Shown here one piece after another: positions 58,746 to 64,000 of a stretch of DNA of 64,000 bases. The translations under genes were made by a program, and so were the position numbers. The DNA comes from a bacterium (lineage in GTDB: Bacteria; Patescibacteriota; Minisyncoccia; UBA6257; UBA9933). The notes beneath the pieces were generated by a model that did not search any database, was not told the DNA's origin, and worked only from the letters and a program-made list of their open reading frames with translations. The stretch's first letter is position 1. Each line of letters opens with the position of its first letter. The stretch lies in NCBI GenBank assembly GCA_021796335.1, contig JAJYHZ010000002.1, positions 192,998 to 256,997 on the forward strand. Direction: 5' to 3'.

Positions 58746-59425
58746 ATGGAAAACTTAGATTATCAGGATTATCTTGATGGGACAAAAAAGATTTTGGACG
58801 ATAGTCAGAAGGAATCGGAGCTATATATACAACCGTTCTAGGAAAAGAATTTATTGTTTATCCCAATTTTTTTCCCTAAGTATTTTAATGATACGGAAAT
58901 TTTTGCTCAAAATTTACCAGTTAAAAAAAATGACGAGATGTTGGAAATAGGATCTGGGACTGGCGTAATAAGCATTTTTGCAGGTATTAAGGGAGCAAAA
59001 AGAGTCCTTGCAATAGATATAAATCCTGATGCTTTAAAAAACACCGAAGAAAACATCAAAGGTATAATTTGAAAGATAGGATTAAGGTAAGACAGGGAGA
59101 TTTATATGATTCGCTTAAAAAGGGAGAAAAATTTGAGGTTATTTTTTGGAATACTCCTTTTGGGTTTGTGGATAAGGGAAATATTTCTGATCTAGAAAAG
59201 TCAGTTTACGATCCAGGCTATAAATCTACTGAGAGATTTATAAAAGAGGCAAAAAATCATCTAAAATCAAAGGGGAAATTACTAATAGGATTTAGCTCAA
59301 TCTTGGGGAAGTTAGAGTTGATTAAAAAATTTGTGAAAGAAGCGGGATTTAATTTGCAACTTTTATTTGAGGCCGAATCGGAGGAGATCTATCCTGTTAA
59401 GTTTGAAATTTTCGAAGTGCAATAA
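58746..59425 (+). pseudogene. Frameshifted HemK-like SAM methyltransferase
   Basis: MENLDYQ start, then LEIGSGTG and FWNTPF segments in different frames (about three breaks). Confidence 0.7.
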
Positions 59426-59651
59426 ATGGAATCAATTGAAAAATTCAGTAGTGATTTATCTAAAAAAATGATAACAGAAGAAGCAGCGGGCAGTTTCCAA
59501 GGAGAGGTAAAAAGAGATGAAGTATTTTTAAATTTATTGAGATAGGAATTGTTGCAATAAGCTGTTTACAAAACTTTGACAAATTTGTTATAACCTTTAT
59601 TATTTAAAGCAGCTCTAAAATAAATCTTTTTTGGGAAGGAGGCAGAAAGAA

Positions 59652-60011
59652 TTGCGTTTATTTCCGAACAGAGAGGAAATTTCTTATGTCTGCAGCCGGG
59701 ATCATATTCGCAATATGGACAGGTGGGCTATGGCGGTTATTATATTTTCTACCATAGACATCGTTATTACAATAATTTTTATAAACGTATTGAGAAAAAA
59801 TGGAGGAATGGTTTTTTCGTGGATTTATAACCATGGGGGGTGCTTTACGATATCCGTCTATAAGATATTCACGACTGCAATTCCACTGTATGCAATCGGG
59901 AAAAAGAAAAAAGCGGGCCATGTAGTTGCAGCGGCTGTAATTGTCGCAATAGGTCTAAATTATATAATCTTCTTTCTTTTCCCTTATTTGAAGGGCCGGG
60001 GCTATTTTTAA
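59652..60011 (+). CDS. Small multi-TM protein (orphan)
   Basis: GGAGG upstream of TTG; three hydrophobic segments; hairpin plus T run 59993-60032. Confidence 0.55.
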   Translation: MRLFPNREEISYVCSRDHIRNMDRWAMAVIIFSTIDIVITIIFINVLRKNGGMVFSWIYNHGGCFTISVYKIFTTAIPLYAIGKKKKAGHVVAAAVIVAIGLNYIIFFLFPYLKGRGYF

Positions 60012-60065
60012 AGCCTGCGGCCCGTTTTTTTTGGTTTGTTTCGCAAAATCTTACCGAAATAAGCA

Positions 60066-60099
60066 GTATACAATTGCAGCGATCGTTGCGATTGTATAC
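60066..60099. repeat. CGATCG-centred palindrome type C (two G-T mismatches)
   Basis: GTATACAATTGCAGCGA|TCGTTGCGATTGTATAC. Confidence 0.8.
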
Positions 60100-60198
60100 C
60101 GTTTGAGGAGTTTATTTCCTGTTTTATTCCTTGATTTTAAGAGTTTGGCATTGTTTTGAAAATTGCTTATACTATAAAAATAAAATTCTTATATCTAA

Positions 60199-60924
60199 AT
60201 GGAAACTAGAAATTTTGAAAATAAAGATTCCATAAAACCTGATTTTAGAAAAATATTTAAGGAGAAACTAGAGTCCATTGAACCAATTTCTGAAAAAGAG
60301 CAAAAGGATGCCGCCAGCGGATTTGAGGATGTTGGTATTGAAAAAATAAAAAAAGAAATTCCAGCCATGATTATTAGAATGGCCGGAAATGAAGATTTTG
60401 ATTTATGGATAGAGGATAGCAATAATTTTAAGAATGTATTTGAGCCTCATGACGAATTAAGAGGGTTTCTTTGTATATTTTTGAATATAAAAGATGAATA
60501 TGATCCAAAATTTCCCAGATTTCAATTAGGAGGAACCATTCTTCAAGATGAGAGTAATTCACTGTATTTACTAATGGATGAAATTCGCGAAGATGGATTA
60601 AGAGGTTTTATGAAAATTGAGGAGGTCGGGCCATTATTATTAGATTTGTTACGAGTATATAATATTAAAAAGGTTATCGGAAGATTTTCTAAAGAAGAAA
60701 GAGGAAAAAAATTTAGCGGTTTTAGGACTGCATCGCGAGATATAATTGATGAAGATCTAATAGGAAAAAGGAGGGAGCTTTTTTATTTTGTAAATTTAGC
60801 TCGCAAGTATAATATGACAAACGCGCAATTTTTGAGATTAAGAGTTATGGGTTTGAGCGCCTTCCAGGCAGGAGTTTCTATAAACTTGGAAGATATTGCA
60901 AAAGAGATTATTAAAGATGATTAA
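60199..60924 (+). CDS. Hypothetical protein
   Basis: 241-aa ORF directly upstream of pyrG; no motif recognised. Confidence 0.55.
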   Translation: METRNFENKDSIKPDFRKIFKEKLESIEPISEKEQKDAASGFEDVGIEKIKKEIPAMIIRMAGNEDFDLWIEDSNNFKNVFEPHDELRGFLCIFLNIKDEYDPKFPRFQLGGTILQDESNSLYLLMDEIREDGLRGFMKIEEVGPLLLDLLRVYNIKKVIGRFSKEERGKKFSGFRTASRDIIDEDLIGKRRELFYFVNLARKYNMTNAQFLRLRVMGLSAFQAGVSINLEDIAKEIIKDD

Positions 60925-60925
60925 A

Positions 60926-62671
60926 ATGAAAACACCGAAATACATTTTTATAGTGGGCGGGGTTATGTCGGGAGTGGGAAAGGGAATAGCTTCCGCTTCG
61001 ATTGCCAAAATTCTTCAGGCTAAAGGATATGAAACAACAGCTATAAAAATAGATCCCTACGTAAATGTGGACGCGGGAACCATGAATCCCACCGAACACG
61101 GCGAGGTTTTTGTTTTGGATGACGGAATGGAATGCGATCAGGATATGGGAAATTACGAAAGATTTTTAAACAAAAACCTTTCAAGCGCGAATTACATGAC
61201 AACCGGAAGCGTTTATCTTTCTCTGATCCAAAAAGAAAGAGCGCTGCAATTCGGCGGGAAAAACGTGGAGGTAGTGCCGCATGTGCCTTTGGAAGTTATC
61301 GGAAAAATAAATAAGGCGGCGGAAAAAGAAAAAGCGGAAATCGCGATTATTGAAATCGGCGGAACTGTGGGAGAATATCAGAATATTTTGTTTCTGGAAG
61401 CGGTCAGAATGCTGAAAATAAAAAGTCCTCAAGATGTCGTTTTGGGGCTTGTAAGTTATCTGCCTCAGCAAGGAGATGCCGGAGAATTAAAAACAAAACC
61501 GACGCAATATGCGGTAAGAACTTTAAATTCAGCCGGACTTCAGCCGGATTTGGTTTTGGCAAGGGCGGGCGTTTCTTTGGACGAAAAACGAAAAGAAAAA
61601 ATCGCTTTCAACTGCAATATAGACGAGAACGCGGTTATTTCCGCGCCGGATGTTGAAAGCATTTATGAAGTACCGCTTAATTTTGAAAGAGACAAGCTCA
61701 GCGAGATTATTTTGAAAAAATTAAATCTGAAGCCGAAGAAAAAAGATTTGAAGGAATGGGCGGCTTTGGTAAAAAAGATACATTCGGCGAAAACTCCGGT
61801 AAAAATCGGAATTGTGGGGAAATATTTCTCAACCGGTAAATTCGTTCTGGCGGATTCGTATATTTCCGTAATCGAAGCGATTAAGCATGCGGCTTATACG
61901 CAAAACAGGAAGCCTGAAATTCATTGGCTAAACGCGGATGACTTCGAGTCATCCGCCGCGGAACTGCGCGGACTGAAACGCGAAATCACGCGGAAAAATA
62001 AAACAGGATTGAGAAAAGATTTTAGCGAATTAGAACAATATGACGGGGTTATAATCCCGGGCGGATTCGGAAGCAGGGGGATAGAAGGGAAAATCGCCGT
62101 CATCAGCCATTTGCGGGAAAATAAGATTCCATTTTTGGGGCTTTGTTACGGCATGCAGCTGGCGACAATCGAATACGCGAGGAATAAAGCGGGAATGGAA
62201 GGAGCGCATACGACTGAGGTGGATAAAAAAACGAAATATCCAGTAATTGATATTTTGCCCGAACAGAAAAAGAATCTGACCGAAAAAAATTTCGGAGCAA
62301 CTATGAGATTGGGAGCTTATCCGGCAATCGTGAAACCGGGTAGCATCGCATACGGCGCTTATCGTGGCACAGCTTGGGAGGTAAAAGACAAAAAATTGCG
62401 GGATAAATACGGAGCCGGGCCGAAAGATTTGCTGATTTTTGAAAGGCACAGGCACAGGTACGAAGTAAATCCGCTTTATATAGACAATTTAATTGACAGC
62501 GGATTGGTTTATTCCGGAATTTCTCCGGATCAACGCTTGATGGAAATTCTGGAATTGCCGAAAAAAATCCATCCGTTTTTTGCGGCAACTCAGTTTCATC
62601 CGGAGTTGAAATCCCGGCCGTTGGATCCGCATCCTTTATTCAAAGAATTCATTAAAGCCGCGATGAAATAA
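60926..62671 (+). CDS. pyrG: CTP synthase
   Basis: GGVMSGVGKG, KIDPY, EHGEVFV, KTKPTQ, GLCYGMQ, RHRHRYE, QFHPE. Confidence 0.97.
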   Translation: MKTPKYIFIVGGVMSGVGKGIASASIAKILQAKGYETTAIKIDPYVNVDAGTMNPTEHGEVFVLDDGMECDQDMGNYERFLNKNLSSANYMTTGSVYLSLIQKERALQFGGKNVEVVPHVPLEVIGKINKAAEKEKAEIAIIEIGGTVGEYQNILFLEAVRMLKIKSPQDVVLGLVSYLPQQGDAGELKTKPTQYAVRTLNSAGLQPDLVLARAGVSLDEKRKEKIAFNCNIDENAVISAPDVESIYEVPLNFERDKLSEIILKKLNLKPKKKDLKEWAALVKKIHSAKTPVKIGIVGKYFSTGKFVLADSYISVIEAIKHAAYTQNRKPEIHWLNADDFESSAAELRGLKREITRKNKTGLRKDFSELEQYDGVIIPGGFGSRGIEGKIAVISHLRENKIPFLGLCYGMQLATIEYARNKAGMEGAHTTEVDKKTKYPVIDILPEQKKNLTEKNFGATMRLGAYPAIVKPGSIAYGAYRGTAWEVKDKKLRDKYGAGPKDLLIFERHRHRYEVNPLYIDNLIDSGLVYSGISPDQRLMEILELPKKIHPFFAATQFHPELKSRPLDPHPLFKEFIKAAMK

Positions 62672-62754
62672 TTTACGGATGAATTTGGTTTTATGTTTAG
62701 GACCAAGTGGATAAACTGATATCAAATTATTTTTTATTCATTTAGGAAGGTTTT

Positions 62755-63411
62755 ATGATTAAAGCTATTATTTTTGACATGGATGGCGTCATTGTTGATT
62801 CCGAGCCGTTAAACAAAGAGGCTGATAAGTGGGTTTGCGAACAATATGGAATAAAAGTTCCGGCATCTGAATGGAATAATCTGAAAGGAAAAACAAACAG
62901 GGATATTTTCTCTTATCTCATTGATAATTTTTCAGAGGGGGGGAATTTTAATCCGGAAGAATTGTCGCAAGCAAAAAAAAGGAGGTATTTGGAAATCGCT
63001 CCACTACGAATTTCTTTGGTTGAAGGGTCAAAGGATTTTATCCATCAGATCAGGCAATTGGCAGACAAAATCGCTTTAACGACTTCAAGCAGTAAAGCCA
63101 TACAGGAAATGACATTTAATATTTTTGATTTGCATGATTATTTTGACGAGATTGTGACCGGCGATGAGATAAATAATGGCAAGCCACATCCAGAGTCATA
63201 TCTGAAAACATTGGAGAAATTGAAGATAGAGCCGCGACATGCCGTTGTTATAGAAGATTCGGTTAACGGCATAAGGGCGGCAAAAGCTGCCGGCTGCAGA
63301 ACAATAGGAATCACGACTTCCTTTCCGAAAGATACTTTAAAAAACGCAGGAGCTGATTATGCGGTTGATAAATTCGAGGAAATCTATCGGGTGATTTTGG
63401 ATAATTATTAG
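62755..63411 (+). CDS. HAD-family phosphatase (beta-PGM-like)
   Basis: FDMDGV, KPHPE, EDSVNG. Confidence 0.92.
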   Translation: MIKAIIFDMDGVIVDSEPLNKEADKWVCEQYGIKVPASEWNNLKGKTNRDIFSYLIDNFSEGGNFNPEELSQAKKRRYLEIAPLRISLVEGSKDFIHQIRQLADKIALTTSSSKAIQEMTFNIFDLHDYFDEIVTGDEINNGKPHPESYLKTLEKLKIEPRHAVVIEDSVNGIRAAKAAGCRTIGITTSFPKDTLKNAGADYAVDKFEEIYRVILDNY

Positions 63412-63534
63412 GCAATTTTCCGGCCTTGCTATTTGATTTTTTCAGTACAGAGATTATCCACATTACGGGTAATTACTTTTGTGATATAATAAATCAAAAT
63501 TAATAAAAGGGCGCTTTAACCTATTAAAAATATT

Positions 63535-64000
63535 ATGAGAAAATACTTTTTGACGGCAGCCATTTTTTGCGCTGTTTTTTTGTTGTTTTTAGTTGGGTCG
63601 ACTAATATAACAAGAGCGGCGGTTACCGCCACCGTAACGCCGATGAATTCCAATAGCGCAAATACTATAAAGGCAAATGCAACGCAGCCTGTCCTTAGAA
63701 TCAATATGTCGGAGAGCGCGGGCGAGACCCTTACCAGTGTTACGGTTCATATCTCGAGCGCGACAACGGCAACTCCGACAGCATTTAGTCTTTCCAGTTT
63801 GGCACCTGTTGTTGATTTGGTACGGGATGCGGACGGAAACGGGTTATTCGATGCGACCGATACTGTTATAGCCACCGCAACTCCGAATCTCGCGCTTACC
63901 CAATTAAGCGTTTCAGCCACAACCACGGCAAGCGGAACTTTTTTCGTCGCGATAAACACGGCAAGTTCAACGGCGTGGACGGATAACGGTTATCCGGAAA
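63535..64000 (+). CDS. Secreted surface protein, 5' part (runs off the window)
   Basis: MRKYFLTAAIFCAVFLLFLVG signal peptide, Thr/Ala-rich, DADGNGLFD; TGATATAAT promoter at 63482. Confidence 0.7.
   Translation, partial: MRKYFLTAAIFCAVFLLFLVGSTNITRAAVTATVTPMNSNSANTIKANATQPVLRINMSESAGETLTSVTVHISSATTATPTAFSLSSLAPVVDLVRDADGNGLFDATDTVIATATPNLALTQLSVSATTTASGTFFVAINTASSTAWTDNGYPE

Noticed and set aside
9615-63462. Replication origin suggested by DnaA boxes (9615, 27221, 59167, 63454)
   Set aside because: The boxes are isolated rather than clustered, one is inside a coding remnant, and no dnaA/dnaN gene is in the window.

Overview
AT-rich bacterial chromosome segment whose gene content, SD-poor core genes, large secreted surface proteins and short intergenic repeats fit a CPR/Patescibacteria (Parcubacteria-like) genome (inference). 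It carries core genes (pyrE, pyrF, pyrG, yebC, ruvC, nusA, ppa, clpP, gap, rpiB, rpsB, tsf, rpmG), five tRNAs, a MacAB-type exporter, an S-layer-like protein, a phospholipase C/P1-LTD-PKD surface protein and a ~17 kb glycan locus (rfbBACD, methyltransferases, glycosyltransferases, flippase, O-antigen ligase). The most striking signal is two paralogous wHTH + Cas2-like (PaaX-type) genes. Each is bracketed on both sides by its own 38-40 bp perfect palindrome with a CGATCG centre. Solo, diverged and interrupted copies of these palindromes lie at orphan-gene boundaries, and one type is coupled to a DnaA-box sequence. Several other short repeat families are present, nested in each other or inserted in frame into ldhA, gap and pyrG. 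There is also a TTCGGCA-saturated HTH gene upstream of the S-layer-like gene. No CRISPR array, cas1, integrase or transposase was recognised.
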